The notes below the pieces were generated by a model. The model saw nothing but the letters and a program-made list of their open reading frames with translations. It was not told the origin of the DNA and ran no database searches. Shown in pieces: positions 38,530 to 50,204 of a stretch of 64,000 nt of DNA. This stretch comes from Oculina patagonica. Lineage: Eukaryota. The position numbers and the translations under genes were made by a program. Every line of letters starts with the position of its first letter. Position 1 is the first letter of the stretch. The DNA lies in assembly GCF_052425735.1 (NCBI RefSeq), contig NC_135761.1, forward strand, positions 8,866,001 to 8,930,000, in the 5' to 3' direction.

Positions 38530-38950
38530 GCCAGGGGGTGTGCGGCGCGCTACCTTTAAATACCTACCCTACATCAGACCAAAATGTGTGATTTTCTCTA
38601 CCCTTAATTTCAGACCTGATTCCAAATTCAATACCAGGAGCCCATTAATGGGCTCCTGTCAATACTCATTTTAAGACCAGATTGTACCCAGGACATTTGA
38701 CACGTGACAAGTGCTTCAAATTCACGGCTTTTTAAAATGCACTTCTCAAGGAATGACAGTAACTGAAGAACACATAGAAAAATAGTTTCTTCCAAAAATT
38801 TTACGTTATCCCTATCTAAAGTGCAAATGGTCAAACTCTATACCCACAGTATTTCAGACCTAAACGACTTAAACGGCTCAAAACCCATACTATATGGGGA
38901 CCGACATCACCTATATAGCTTGTGTAAGGGAGCCCCCCGGGTACCCCCCA
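38530..38950. mobile_element. Decayed MITE shared upstream of all GPCR copies (also ~47205-47900, ~52955-53010, ~62610-62720)
   Basis: GGGGGTGTGCGGCGCGCTACC block and following sequence sit at the equivalent upstream position of each copy, so they predate the duplications. Confidence 0.5.
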
Positions 38951-39190
38951 CCCAGGATGTCCGAGGTTTAACCTCGTGATGTAACGAAAGGAAAAACAAG
39001 TTTTTGGTTTCCTTTCGACTTCCCAACTTTCAGCAATAGCTATAGAAATGAATGATTGCATAAAAACCCAAGATTGCTACAAGTTCGAATTCTGCAATTG
39101 ATCATGAACCAGGATGCATTGATTGATGACCCTTTTAGAACTAATAGAGAAGCAGAAGAAGTTCACAACTACAACACTCCGGCGTTCAAC

Positions 39191-39608
39191 CCCGGGGGGG
39201 GGGGGGCACTCAAAAAAGTTTTATACGGGGAGGCTCCGCCCCAAGCTCTTACCCCTTACCCTTTTATATACCATTTTGACAGAAATTGTACCCCTTTCGT
39301 ATACCTTTTACTGAAAAAAGGTACCCCTTTCATATACCTAAAAGACGTGACATAGCCTTAGAACAGGACGTTTTCTTGTAATTTTCATGCAGCGCTTAAT
39401 AAATTAAAATAATACAGCCATAAAGTGGGTCTGTTCGAAATATTCTAATTACAGGCCTTTTAAAAAGCCTAAATGACGGATTTTCATACCCTTTCATATA
39501 CCTAAACTTGTGAAATCGCTACCCTTTTATATACCTGAAGCCTGAAAAAGGTACCCCTTTCGGGCGGAGCCTCCCCGTATAGGCCGTTATATGGAGTACC
39601 CCCCCGGG
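39191..39608. mobile_element. CCCGGG-ended non-autonomous DNA transposon, 8-bp TSD CGTTCAAC
   Basis: TSD at 39183-39190 and 39609-39616; same family as 25271-25679. Confidence 0.85.
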
Positions 39609-41099
39609 CGTTCAACCCGGCACTATATCAGTCAGTGACGGAAAAAAGTATAAGGACATTTTATCATATCAGTTTTATTGTAAAAAAATATTATTATATA
39701 ATAAATCTCCAGAACAGTTTTGACCAAGTGTCACATTTTATTCTTACAGTTAAAACGTAGTTATCCTCAATAGTTCATCTCAGTTTTATTAATTGTTTTA
39801 AATTCTTCCTAGAGTATTTTATATTTTGTCTGTATAGCCACTGGGCATAGTTCATTCAACGATTATTGACATAAGCTTTATTAAATCGTTATTTACACAA
39901 TTGTTATTTACTTTATGAACCGTTATTTAATTAAGCAGTGGGTTCATATAATTCTAAGAAAGAACGGAACTAAAATGTTTATTGTTATTTCCTGTCTATC
40001 ATGAATAATAGCACGTATGCCTGATATGACGTAATCAAAGTCGTGAATGTGGTATTATAAACTGATGGCGGAGAATTAGCCAAAATTGTAACTGTTAGCT
40101 GAGAATGGAATATTTTAATCGTCTGAAAGGCTGTTTGGTTTCACATTTTAAATTGTCACACAGTGCGTGACAACATAAACGCGGATAAGTCTGCCCCCAC
40201 GCACGTAATTTAAATGTTGGCAGGCTCCTGAAGGTACCTTTTTTTAGCTCATTCTTGTGCGCAACCGCAAAGAATGAGATATTAGACATCCTTTTCCCCG
40301 TAGTGGCCCTGGAAACGGTAAAAAATATGATTTTTCTGATTGGCTGATAAAAACTGCATGCATAATTAGGTAAAAAACATCAACCCTAATGGAAAGAAAT
40401 TAACCGTTAGCCGTAAAAAAAAAGCGAAAATGTTCTGCCGGCTATTTTACAGTGAGAAAAAACAAATATGAAATGTCGGAGTGGATTGATAAAAAATGCT
40501 TCGGTGTGAAAATTTACGATCATATAATATACATCGCAGGGCAATTCGGACGTTTCTTTATTTCTCGACCATTTCAGAATTCTTGTCCTGCTCGCGTAGC
40601 CAAGCAAGTTAATGATGATGATGACGAAGACGACGACGATGATGATAATGATGTTTTGTGGTTATTAAAACATGTCAAACATAGAAATACAACAATTACT
40701 GTTTACTCCGATCATTTTAGGAATTTTTACATCATATCTAGTAAGAGAGTTACGTAATATTTCAGCCAGCTTCCCGTGTAATTAAATTCCATAAAGCGCC
40801 TTATATGCAGTTTTTTTTGATTTGCATGTAAATTTGTTTTTGGATACACCATTTTCGGTTTCTATCGTTATCTATGGTGGATTTTGGATTTTCGAATTAC
40901 ATCAAGGCTCACGGAAAATGGATTGCTGCAGATTGTAATATCTGTTGTTTTCCTTTGTTTTCTCTTATCGGTTCCCGTAGAATGTCGTACTCACGTATTT
41001 AAAGTTACTTATTGAAGTTGGATCACACACATTTGTACAGACTCAAAGTTGTCTGTCTACTGTGGCACTATATATATTATATTTATTTTTATTTTTTGG

Positions 41100-41480
41100 C
41101 TTAAACAAATCAACTGGTATGGTTAAATTAATGCATAATTCAACCGTACCATGGGAAAAATATTTCAATCTACAAGTGTTTAACTGGGAGTTGGTTTTCT
41201 CCCGAACAAGCAAAATTTGTAAGGACAGCAAATTAAGAGAATTTTATTATAAGTTATTCCACCGAATAATCGCCACACGGAAAGAGCTATATATATATGG
41301 TATTGAAACGAATAATTAATGTGAAATATTTGAGCTCAATTCCTGCTGGTTGTTTGCCAAGTACTATATTTATTGTCAGAAGCTTCAATCCAAAAATTTT
41401 GAAGAATTTATTGGAAAATTGAATTTCGGCTCAGTATTAAGAAATATCATTGATTCATTATATTCTAGGATAAGGGACAA
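41100..41480 (+). mobile_element. Decayed 3' end of an L1/Tx1-like LINE
   Basis: WEKYFNLQVFNWELVFSRTSKICKDSKLREFYYKLFHRIIAT resembles the region at the start of the C-terminal zinc-binding (zf-RVT) part of Tx1/L1 ORF2; stops follow. Confidence 0.6.
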
Positions 41481-41673
41481 ATGCTTCCCTCTTTGTCTTA
41501 TATCATTCTAGTAAATAAGTTCGCTTAATTAATTACAAGTTTTCTTAAATAATTTGGTGCTAAGTATCAAAAGTATGCACAAGATATATAATTTCTCTAT
41601 TTATAACATATATGTAAGCAATTGAACGCGTCATTTCTTGTTCCTCCTTGTAATTTTTTTCTATTTTATTTCT

Positions 41674-42064
41674 GAGGGTCTGAATGGGGTTTAGTGTTTA
41701 GTTTTATTTTCCATAGTTTTTAGTGTTTGATGTTCAATCCCACAAAGTGGTAATAAAATCATCAAGAGAATCACTGATGAACTAAGAGAAAATGTTCGGA
41801 TTTCTCCTCGGAAATCTTCGATAGACTTCGGAAATCTTCGGTAGTCTCCGGAAATCGACGGAAAATGGCCGAAAACTTCTTGATATACTAAAGAAAACAA
41901 TATTGGTCTTTTTGGAGTCGTTTTTGTTTCTTTCTGGACAAAATTTACTGTTACAGTGAATTTTTTACCGTTAGTGTTAAAATGCTTTAAAATTAACTGT
42001 TTCATGTTACAGAGCTAAATAATTAAATGTTTAGTGTTATCGAGGTACCCCCATTCAGACCCTC
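41674..42064. mobile_element. MITE with GAG...CTC ends (Sola-like)
   Basis: TIR GAGGGTCTGAATGGGG; 4-bp flanks TTCT / TTAT. Confidence 0.7.
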
Positions 42065-43363
42065 TTATCTTAGTGATAAGTATCAAAAGAATACACTAGG
42101 TATAAAATTAAAATTTCCTTATTTATAATATGCATATATATATAAGCAATCGAAAGCGTAGTTTCTTTTAATCCGTGCCTTTACTTCTTTTTTCCTTCTT
42201 ATAGTTTGTTTTGTGTATCGATTTACTGTAAATGTGTTGTATGTTTATCAATAAAAAAGCTCAACACAAAGAATCGAACGCCACGGCATTGGATTGATTA
42301 AAGAACTTCCTGCTTTCCACTTTTACCAGCGCATTATATACATATCCTTTGGTGCTACTATAGCTGGAACACATGTACTATGCATTAATATAGGATTGTT
42401 TTATGTTAAAGGACAGTAAGATTGTCACACAGCCTGAAAATTGGTATTTACATTAAATTAAAGGTGGTTTAATCTAGTGTAAAGTCGGTTATCCAACTTT
42501 ACACCATCAATTAAATGTTGTTAAAGGTGGTTAAACCGACCTTTACGCTACCGTGTGTAAATGTGATTTAAGAAGGCTCGATGTAGTTTTTTTTAGCCGA
42601 AGGGTGGTTGTTTTGAAAATTAAAATTACCTAGGAAGCCACTGTTCGATTTTTGCCAAAATACACCATAATGATCAAATATGACCAAATTTTAATTTTTT
42701 ACCCGTCACTTAGTCACAATGGTTACCATAGCAACGATTGACGTTTTCTTTTGTTCTCAAACAAGGTTGATTTTCTCGAAATCTAGATTGACTCTTGGTG
42801 TTAATTTTTTGATATGTTAAAGTTTAGTAGATTGACTAACTGTTGACAAAATTTTAGAAAAATTTCGAGTTCATTGTAAGGCACACGGAGTACATCACAG
42901 CTACATGTACTGTATACGAATTATAGTTTTATCAGGTCTAAGGTAAATAAACAGAATAAAGCGTTGCTGTTTTTAATTGAGGTTTTTTCTAAAGAAAATA
43001 TGCGAGAGTTTTGTCGGGACATCGGAGATTGTCCGTTATAGAGAGGTGTATAGTTTATATTTTCTATTTTTTTTATTCTTACTATTTTATTTTTATTTTG
43101 TCGCTAAAGCTACTGACATAGTTCATGTAACGAAAACTGATATCAAAACGCTTCATATCAATATTATTTTTAAAATAAAAAGTAAGTAAACCGTTTTCAA
43201 ACAGTGGGTTCATATTCCGGGAAAGAAAGGAACTAAATTGCCTTCTATCATGCTACGAAAGCCGAGGAGTACGAAAGCCGAGGAGGGACATCACATTTCA
43301 GACTTCAAACTTCAGACTTCAGACTTCAGACTTCAGACTTCAGACTTCAGACTTCAGACTTCA

Positions 43364-43439
<76 letters not shown>

Positions 43440-43980
43440 AGACTTCAGACTTCCGCCTTTAGAATTCAGAGACTTCCGCCGACCTCCGAGTAGGCCTTTG
43501 TACATTATGCTTTTGTTTCCCCACTAAAATGCTCCACGTTAATGCTCCATTTTTCCCACTAAAATGCTCGGTCTCCTCCAAAAAAGGCACTAAAATGCTC
43601 GGATAATGCTCATTATACAAACGGTTTTTTAAATTAATTTCAAAGTTTTTAACATGGTCATGCTAGTGGGCTGTGATTGGCGGATTTCGATTCGTTTTGT
43701 GTTCATAGCTCATCGAAAAATAAGCGGGCTGAGCCAAACATTTTCCAAGTGCCGCGAACATAGCGGTTTTATGGTATGCAGAAGTTCGGATAATTCGTCA
43801 ACTAGAAAACTAAAAACATTTTTGGAATCGCTTGACAATTCTAAACAAATATCTGATACTATCAAAACGTTTGAGTGGATATTTTGCGAAAATTTCGCTA
43901 TCGTGAAAAAAGGCTCGGCTACCAAATCAAGCCTCGTTTCCAAGCTCCCCAAGAAAACGATCCCCGCCAAAAATATTTGC

Positions 43981-44190
43981 TTTGCGTGATGCCTGTTTGC
44001 GTGATGCCAACTTGCGTGATACCTGTTTGCGTGATGCCTGTTTGCGTGATGCCTGTTTGCGTTTTGCCTACTTGCGTTATGCCTCTTTGCGTTTTGCCTA
44101 CTTGCGTGATGCCTGTTTGCGTTATGCCTATTAGCGTGATGCCTAGCTGTTTGTATGATGCCTTTTAGGGTTTTGCCTTCTGGCGTTTTG
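43981..44190. repeat. 15-bp minisatellite (TTTGCGTGATGCCTG)n
   Basis: About a dozen degenerate tandem units; source of the spurious ARHHAN and CVMPV ORFs. Confidence 0.9.
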
Positions 44191-44806
44191 CCTTTTTGCA
44201 TTATGGCTATTTGCTGAATCGGATTGTTGCCATTCAACTTTGGATTGATGCATTCCTGATTTCGATGATTTTATTTCAACTACTGAGTATTGAATTTTGT
44301 CATAAATATACCTCCATAGAATTTTGTCATAGATATACCTCCATACTGCAGGTCTGCAAGGTGGGAATTTATTAATGTAATTTTGTTAATAATTAATTAA
44401 GTTATTAAAAAAAATCTCGTTACGCCAATTCTCGTTCTGCCGTTACACCGATTACTAACAACCGGATCCGACTTTATAGATAGCGAATCTGACTTTAAAT
44501 AGTGGATCTACTTGATCTAACAACTCAACAACTCGGAGGTCAGCGGAAATTAAGCGTATGCGGAAGTCTGAAGTCTGAAGTCTGAAGTCTGAAGTCTGAA
44601 GTCTGAAGTCTGAAGTCTGAAGTCTGAAGTCTGAAGTCCGAAGTCCGAAGTCTGAAGTCTGAAGTCTGAAGTCTGAAATGTGATGTCCCTCCTCGGCTTT
44701 CGTAGAGGAGGGACATCACATTTCAGACTTCAATCTTCAGACTTCAGACTTCAGACTTCAGACTTCAGACTTCAGACTTCAGACTTCAGACTTCAGACTT
44801 CAGACG

Positions 44807-44843
<37 letters not shown>

Positions 44844-44901
44844 AGACTTCAGACCTCAGACTTCCGCCTTTAGAATTCAGAGACTTCCGCCGACCTCCGA
44901 G

Positions 44902-45594
44902 TAGGCCTTTGTACATTATGCTTTTGTTTCCCCACTAAAATGCTCGGTCTCCTCCAAAAAAGTCACTAAAATGCTCGGATAATGCTCATTATACAAACGG
45001 TTTTTTAAATTAATTTCAAAGTTTTTAACATGGTGTTAACTGTTAACACTTACAAAAACGTATAAGGGACGGACCATTATTTTTTTAGAGGGGGGGGGAT
45101 GAAAAATATTGAAAAAAAATGTTTGCAGGGCCTGGAAAGACAAAATAAATTGCTTGCAAACACGATATGTATAACAAAAAATAGTAAGAATTTCGAAAAA
45201 AAAAAGTTTGCAGAGGTGCATAAACTTAAAAAAAAAAGTTTGCAGAGGAAAATTTTTCATCCCCCCCCTCCAAGAAAATAATGGTCCGTCCCTAAGTGTT
45301 GCAAGTAACAACAACAACGTATACAAGTTCATAAATACAGCCAAAAAAATCATAATCCTCGAAATCATCTACGAGGCTAAGTACAGAAAGTAGTTGACTA
45401 TCTCTAGAAAGCTATTTGTAGTTGAATTTTGAATTTTAGTCTTCATTTTCTCCAAAAAAATTAATTTCTTTTTTATTTTCTCGGGGAAAAAATCAATTTT
45501 CCGGGAAAATGCCCCTAAAATGCTCGAATAATGCTCAATGCTTTTGCCTCACTAAAATGCTCGAAAAAATGCTAGCATAATGTACAAAAGCCTA
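44902..45594. mobile_element. hAT-like MITE nested in the foldback arm (truncated duplicate starts at 43491)
   Basis: TIR TAGGC(C/T)TTTGTACATTATGCT; 8-bp TSD CCTCCGAG at 44894-44901 and 45595-45602. Confidence 0.85.
45066..45292. mobile_element. PIF/Harbinger-like MITE nested in the hAT-like MITE
   Basis: TAA|GGGACGGACCATTATTT...AAATAATGGTCCGTCCC|TAA. Confidence 0.85.
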
Positions 45595-46017
45595 CCTCCG
45601 AGTTGTTGAGTTGTTAGATCAGGCAGATCCACTATTTAATGTCAGATTCGCTATCTATAAAGTCAGATCCAGTTGTTAGTAATCGGCGTAACGGCGGAAC
45701 GCGGAACGGCGTAAACGGCAGAACGAGAATCGGCGTAACGAGATTTTTTTTAAATAACTTAATTAATTTTTTGCTATGAACAAAATAACATTAATTAATT
45801 CTCCCTTACCTGGAACCATTTTTTTTCTTTATTTCACACACAATAGGCCGCAATATCGTTTATGGCTTATACATGACCTCTGGACTGTCACACGAGACAA
45901 AGGGTTATAAGAGTTATGCAAATAGAGAAAAAGAAATTCCTGGTTTAAATGGATCTTTTGGACAATTTGGCACTTTCTTGCTAAAACTGGACTCAACTTT
46001 TATTAGCTGATTTACGC

Positions 46018-46140
46018 GCTCTTTCTGATACCACATGGAAAGCAACGGTTCTTGTCCGATCGCCGAAGTTAAGACCTGTTTGGGCGGGATTAGTACTTGG
46101 ATGGGTGACCAACTGAAAATACCCCTTCTTGTGGGCTTTT
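46018..46140 (+). pseudogene. 5S rRNA-derived sequence (pseudogene or SINE3-like head) in the centre of the foldback element
   Basis: ATACCAC...CGGTTCTTGTCCGATCGCCGAAGTTAAG...TTAGTACTTGGATGGGTGACC...AATACC...GGCTTTT follows animal 5S rRNA at full length with recognisable internal promoter boxes and a T-run, but the terminal stems are diverged. Confidence 0.8.
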
Positions 46141-47523
46141 CATTTTCTTTCTTTCTTTTTCTTACGAAATCAGTAACTTTTCAGGCCCTTCTATTTTTTC
46201 CAACGGCTTCATTGACTTGCTTCGGCTTTGTACGTTTCATTGTCTCGATCGAGGCGAGAAAGTCCGAAGGGCAGTCGCGCTACTGAGCTTCTCCTTGAAA
46301 TCCTCACTCGAAATAAAATCGAAATCCTGGCTCTAGATCGATCTAGAAGGATTAAGAAGATATGCATGCCCTTTATTTTGTGAAATATATTTACTGTTTG
46401 TTTGTTTGTTTGTCCAGTTTTACGTAATTAAGTCCAGAGGTCATGTATAAGCCGTAAACGATATTGCGGCCTATTGTGTGTGAAATAAAATGATTCCAGG
46501 CACCGCTGTCTGCAGGTCTGCAAGGTGGGAATTTATTAATGTAATTTTGTTAATAATTAATTAAGTTATTGAAAAAAATCTCGTTACGCCGATTCTCGTT
46601 CTGCCGTTACACCGATTACTAACAACCGGATCTGACTTTATAGATAGCGAAACTGACTTTAAATAGTGGATCTGCCTGATCTAACAACTCAACAACTCGG
46701 AGGTCAGCAGAAATTAAGCGAATGCGGAAGTCTGAAGTCTGAAGTCTGAAGTCCGAAGTCTGAAGTCTGAAGTCTGAAGTCTGAAGTCTGAAGTCTGAAG
46801 TCTGAAGTCTGAAGTCTGAAGTCTGAAATCTGATGTCCCTCCTCGGCTTTCGTAATCATGCACACATCAAGCACGTATGCCTGATGTAACGCAAGGTGGG
46901 CAAATCAGGTCTTCCGTCGCTTTCACCTCCAAATCCTTAGTGACAGAAATATAAATAAAACATTGCATTTCACCCCTAGATTGTTCAAGTATAAGCTTTA
47001 TAGTTTAATATGACACTCACACAAAACCTCGCAAAGGACACTGTACTATCACTCGTCGATTCGGCTCATTCGTCTGGATGTTTATTGATCTCATTTCTAT
47101 TTTCACATTTTCGTGGCGGAGAGTCACAAGAGTCAGAAAATTTAGAAGGAAACCGAAAACTTGTTTTCCTTTCGTTACTTCATTACATCACGAGGTCAAA
47201 CCTCGGACAACCTGGGGGTGGTTCCCGGGGGGAACTCTCTCACACAAGCTATATAGGTAAGTGCGTCCCCAAATAGTGATTACGACAGGTTTGTCAGTCG
47301 AAGACTGTTACGTGCAACCCTCGTAAAACAAAGTTGATTTATAGTATGGTTCGGAGAGCCGTTTAGGTCTGAAATACTAAGAGGATATAGATTTTGACCA
47401 TTCTGGTCTGTAGTAGGGTATGGTGTGTGCACTCTGGATAGAGATAAGGTAAAGGTTTTGAAAAAAAAACAAAACAATTTTTTATGATTGCTCAGTTATC
47501 ATTAACTAGCTCAATTCCCTTAA

Positions 47524-47683
47524 GGCCGATTTACACGGTACGATTTTGTCGCATGCGACATGCTTACGACAGGCCTACGGCACGAATTGTGTCGTGTAAA
47601 TCAAACATACAACTCGCTTACGACTGTCGTAGGCGTGTCGTAAGCGTGTCGCATGCGACAAAATCGTACCATGTAAATCGGCC
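47524..47683. mobile_element. Palindromic Harbinger-like MITE
   Basis: GGCCGATTTACACGGTACGATTTTGTCGCATGCGACA and its near-perfect reverse complement at the other end; absent from the paralogous upstream region of copy 1. Confidence 0.8.
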
Positions 47684-48254
47684 TTTAGAAATGCAATTTT
47701 TTTAAAAACCATGCTTATGTGTTATGTTTGTTGCTGCCGTTTGTATTTTATTGCTTGCCAAATAAAAAGAAAAAAACTCCGTGAATTTGAAGCTGTTGTC
47801 AACGTGTCAAACGGTACGAAAACCGACTGAGCAGTCCCTGGGTACAATCTAGTCGGAAATAGGGTAAGTATTTAAGGTAGCGCGCCGCACACCCCCTGGT
47901 TATCATGGCATATCCGGATAGGCAGGAAGTTTTAAAATAATCATTATATATTCCTTTCGTTCTTGGAATGTGAAACTCAGTTGCTGTTTACGTTACGGTT
48001 CAAGTATTGCAGTGCTTTCATTTTAATTTCATTTTAAATGAAGCTCTTGTAGCTGTTATCTGCCTCGTTACGTGAAGAGTCGTATTAACTGAACTCGATT
48101 ATATCACTGGGCAGCTAGCGGAGCTAAAAACAAGCATCTGGTAACGGACAACGTTATCATCTGAAGAATTATTTGCTACAGTCAGAAACAGCAGCCGTTT
48201 CGTTTGGTTCTAGAATCAACCAGGCATAGTCAGAATATTTCTTACAAATCTAAA

Positions 48255-49133
48255 ATGAATCGTTCAAACATTTCCACAGATGAAGACTGCTTCCTTCCTC
48301 TGGGCCACGGCATCGCTCTAATGATGGTAAATTCTCTTGGAGCTGTGATCGGTACGTTTGGAAATATCCTGGTTTGCATTGCCGTGCTAACAAGCCCTCA
48401 TCTTCGCCGAAGCTCCAACTTCCTTCTCGTCAGCTTGGCCATTGCTGATTTGATCGTGACGACGGTCTGCGAGCCGTTAGTTGTAGCAATTGTGGGCAAA
48501 AGGGCGCTTGTTCACGACTGTGCATCGAGCCTGGAACTTGCCTATGTAGTGTCCTCAAATCTGTCGTGTTCTGCGTCAATTATGCATCTTTCCGCGATCA
48601 GTGTTGACCGTTTTATTGCCGTTATTTATCCTCTGCGTCACGGCCGCATCATGAAGAACTATGGCTGGAAGACTATGTTGGCAATCGTCTGGGCTGTGGC
48701 CATCATATTCGCCTCTCTTCGGGTGCCCTTTTTGAAGGAAACATCTTATTTGGCCTTTCTGCTGTTCGTTGTTAGCTATGGAATAATCATTGCCTCCTAC
48801 GCGTCGATCGTGATCTTTCTGGTCAGAGAAAAGCGAAGAAAAAATAAACTCAGAGCGCGACCAACGGTTGAAGTGAATTCCAAAATTGAACGGCGCGTTG
48901 CCTTTACTCTGGCAATTGTGATCGGTGTTTTCAGCGCTTGCTGGTTTCCGATGATAATTGTATTCTTTTCTGCTGGGAAATCTCTTGTGAAGATGCATGG
49001 CACCGCTTACATGTGGATAAGATCTTTAGCTTTGTCAAACTCAGCCATGAACTTTATTATTTACAGTGCAAGGATTCGTGACTTCCGGGATGCGTATGCC
49101 TTGATATGCCGGAAGATTCTTCACTGTGCTTAG
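48255..49133 (+). CDS. Intronless class A GPCR, copy 2, 292 aa
   Basis: Same motifs as copy 1; ATG at 48255 (MNRSN). Confidence 0.93.
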   Translation: MNRSNISTDEDCFLPLGHGIALMMVNSLGAVIGTFGNILVCIAVLTSPHLRRSSNFLLVSLAIADLIVTTVCEPLVVAIVGKRALVHDCASSLELAYVVSSNLSCSASIMHLSAISVDRFIAVIYPLRHGRIMKNYGWKTMLAIVWAVAIIFASLRVPFLKETSYLAFLLFVVSYGIIIASYASIVIFLVREKRRKNKLRARPTVEVNSKIERRVAFTLAIVIGVFSACWFPMIIVFFSAGKSLVKMHGTAYMWIRSLALSNSAMNFIIYSARIRDFRDAYALICRKILHCA

Positions 49134-49503
49134 CCTTATCGGACCGATTAGGCTGACAATCTAAACTTTAATATTAACATTGCACTAGCTAACTGCTTGC
49201 TGTTAAGTAGAAAAAGGGAGTTACTGTAACTCTGAAAGGAAATCAAACGGCTACGCTTTTTATATCAGTTCTAGGGCACTTCCATTGATGCAATGGTAAT
49301 TAACTGTATTACACGACACAACGTGTTTTCAACTCGAGGTCCTAGAGGCCTAAAGTTATTCACTTTCTTTAATGCAGATCCGACTGTGACTGTTTTAAAT
49401 TGTTTGAAACCTATTTTGGAAGCCGGAGAACTTGTAATTTGGGGAATGGGGAGTTACTTTGCAGTGGCCAACGTCGTATTGTTCAGCAAGAGTTTCGCAA
49501 GTA

Positions 49504-49589
49504 CAGTTGAATCACAATAACTCGAACCTGCCGCTAATTCGAACCTTTTTCGATTCCCCTTGAAGGTTCGAGTTATCGGGATTCAACTG
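49504..49589. mobile_element. Short TA-flanked MITE; longer version at the paralogous site ~54579-54739
   Basis: TA|CAGTTGAATC...GATTCAACTG|TA at equivalent positions downstream of GPCR copies 2 and 3. Confidence 0.7.
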
Positions 49590-49676
49590 TAACACACAGA
49601 TTCTATTTTGCTGGTTTCAGTCACCAAAAATGGCATACCTATATCCCATTTTAAAACGCGAAACTATAGCTATAGG

Positions 49677-50076
49677 AAAGAAATTATTCTACATGACACG
49701 AGCGTGGGACAAAGAAAAAATCTGAGTCCCCGACGGGAATCGAACCCATGCTCGTGTCATGTAGAATAATTTCTTTACTATTTATCACCGAGCTTAAAAT
49801 CTACCATCTTTATTATTTACTACAAATTTGATGATTTCGACATTGCTGATCCTAGCAGTATGCAGGACGCGTGTCACTTATCAACCTAGTAAATGGCCTA
49901 GCTCACAGCGAGTCTCACGTAGCTCAGTTGGTTAGAGCGCCCAACCGGTATCTGGGAGGCCATGGGTTCAATTCCCGTCGGGGACTCAGATTTTTTCTTT
50001 GTCCCACGCTCGTGTCATGTAGAATAATTTCTTTACTATTTATCACCGAGCTTAAAATCTACCATCTTTATTATCT
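49677..50076 (+). mobile_element. tRNA-containing non-autonomous retroelement with Penelope-like terminal arrangement
   Basis: tRNA-like core at 49910-49988 (A box TAGCTCAGTTGG, B box GGTTCAATTCCC, GGT in the anticodon position). 49677-49750 is the reverse complement of 49961-50034. 49750-49822 is directly repeated at 50008-50080. Flanked by ACTATAGCTATAGG; absent in the copy 3 flank (~54810). Confidence 0.8.
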
Positions 50077-50204
50077 ACTATAGCTATAGGCTTGACAATT
50101 CTGTTACAGAAGTGCAAATAATCAATGAAGTCAGAATGACATTTAAAATTGTGAATATAAACAAGGTAATTGCTTAACTGAGTATATAATGTTAACCTTG
50201 CTCA

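Larger units (their letters stand above)
43254..46854. mobile_element. 3.6-kb composite foldback-like element (two tandem units, 43254-44704 and 44705-46854) with 7-bp TSD
   Basis: Ends TACGAAAGCCGAGGAG...CTCCTCGGCTTTCGTA. Arms carry (CAGACTT/CGGACTT)n arrays at ~43297-43452, 44562-44678, 44722-44864 and 46726-46827 in alternating orientation. ATCATGC is duplicated at 43247-43253 and 46855-46861. A paralogous empty site lies at ~39935-40030. Confidence 0.85.

Noticed and set aside
43238-44904. Repetitive ORFs (LQTSDFR)n, (ARHHAN)n, (CVMPV)n and the possibility of a CRISPR-like array
   Set aside because: They are translations of 7-bp and 15-bp tandem repeats with no unique spacers, inside a transposon in a eukaryotic context.
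46018-46140. Functional 5S rRNA gene
   Set aside because: The 5' and 3' ends do not form the terminal helix; single copy inside a transposon.
49910-49988. Functional tRNA-Thr(GGT) gene
   Set aside because: Irregular acceptor-to-D-arm spacing and an anticodon stem mismatch; embedded in an insertion absent from the paralogous flank; a G34 Thr anticodon is atypical for eukaryotes.
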